Source: an uncultured Desulfosarcina sp. (GTDB lineage Bacteria; Desulfobacterota; Desulfobacteria; Desulfobacterales; Desulfosarcinaceae). Taken from it: a stretch of DNA of 64,000 bases. A program made the position numbers and the translations under genes. Positions 63,035 to 64,000 of this stretch are shown in pieces. Below the pieces are notes generated by a model that saw only the letters and a program-made list of their open reading frames with translations, did no database searches and was not told the origin of the DNA. Each line of letters starts with the position of its first letter. Position 1 is the first letter of the stretch. The stretch lies in contig CAXXWQ010000001.1 of assembly GCA_963674945.2 (NCBI GenBank), positions 320,001 to 384,000 on the forward strand. Direction: 5' to 3'.

Positions 63035-64000
63035 CTAATGCCTCGTCGGAAGATTGGTAATAAGAGAAGATAATTTCGTTGGATCCTCCAAAAGGTCTAT
63101 CCCTCCCAAAACTTCGAATCCGCATGTACTTTGAACTATGCTCTTCACCATTTCCAGCTGTTGCTTGGCGATAACAGAGTCCGAAGACAGAAGAATTTGT
63201 TTCATGAGCCGTGTAAACATGTCCGTGGGACCCAGGGGAGACAGAACGCTGGTCCGCCGTGAACAGATGCGTGGAAATAGAATCACATCCGGTTCGAGCC
63301 ATTCTATGGGGGCCCCTTTGAAAAATTGCGATACATTCACGGACATTTTTTCTCCATCGGCAAAATCAACGGTTGAGAGAAAATCGAGCTCATCGTAGCG
63401 CCGGCAAATATCCTGGGATACGTGAAAGTCCCGATACCATGGATAGGCCCGGATGACACCAGCCCGGTTGTCTATGAGCAGTGAGTCATCGGATACATAA
63501 TCGAATCCGCTTCGTACAAGGTTGAGGGCGGAGGTGGTTTTACCGCATCCTCCATCGCCGGATATCAGGTAACCGATGCCATGGTAACGAAGGGCTGCGG
63601 CATGCAGGTAAAAGCGCCCGGCCGCTCTCATGGTTTCGATGAGAGGGCCGCTTACCAGGGAACAAATGGTGGACATTTCATTTCGAATCTCCGGTCGGAT
63701 GAAGCAATCGCAACGTCGGGATGCCAGGTCGAACCGGACAATGGAGCCGTCCTTTGCGGTGTAATAGTATCGACTGTCCGCACGGTAGCTTTTCGTAACC
63801 GCCATTTCCACTACGGGCAATGCCTCTTCAGGAAGTCGTGGGGGGGATGACTGGATTTTGACGACAATTGTTATGGGGGCCAACGACGATTCATCGTTTC
63901 CTTTGCACAGAGAATCGAAATATTCTTTCAGTCCGGGATATAACAAGTCCTCACATTCGAGCTTTACAGGAAGTGATTGGACTATGAAGTTATCGTTGAC
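63035..64000 (-). CDS. HPr-kinase-related P-loop kinase (5' end outside window)
   Basis: 'LHAAAL...ISGDGGCGKTT...YVSDD'; frame stays open to position 64000. Confidence 0.85.
   Translation of the reverse strand, partial: VNDNFIVQSLPVKLECEDLLYPGLKEYFDSLCKGNDESSLAPITIVVKIQSSPPRLPEEALPVVEMAVTKSYRADSRYYYTAKDGSIVRFDLASRRCDCFIRPEIRNEMSTICSLVSGPLIETMRAAGRFYLHAAALRYHGIGYLISGDGGCGKTTSALNLVRSGFDYVSDDSLLIDNRAGVIRAYPWYRDFHVSQDICRRYDELDFLSTVDFADGEKMSVNVSQFFKGAPIEWLEPDVILFPRICSRRTSVLSPLGPTDMFTRLMKQILLSSDSVIAKQQLEMVKSIVQSTCGFEVLGGIDLLEDPTKLSSLITNLPTRH

Overview
Chromosomal window from a bacterium that appears to be an anaerobic deltaproteobacterium, probably Desulfobacterales/Desulfosarcina-like; this is inferred from gene content and repeat types, not from a search. 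Core and metabolic genes include TRAP dctM/dctP, pyrG, eno, an hcpR-hcp nitrosative-stress locus, rsmE, two chemoreceptors and a TetR-controlled Lol-like ABC operon. Accessory DNA includes two apparently identical inverted IS1380 copies, several MITE-like repeats, two large secreted proteins sharing a C-terminal 'P-I-x-x-L-L-L' tail, and the 3' part of a lasso-peptide-type cluster at the right edge. Two things stand out. (1) An AT-rich integron-like cassette array without an integrase (about 43.2-46.4 kb) has four attC-like sites and cassette-matched core sites, and an attI-like head motif from it recurs at 14.3 kb and 34.0 kb next to solitary cassette-like genes. (2) Directly beside it is a three-gene MotA/ZorA-like operon (46.7-50.8 kb) whose B-like subunit seems to lack the conserved Asp and the OmpA domain, while a 757-aa exported partner ends in an ExbD/TolR-like domain. 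No rRNA, tRNA or CRISPR array was recognised. All family calls come from motif recognition by eye.
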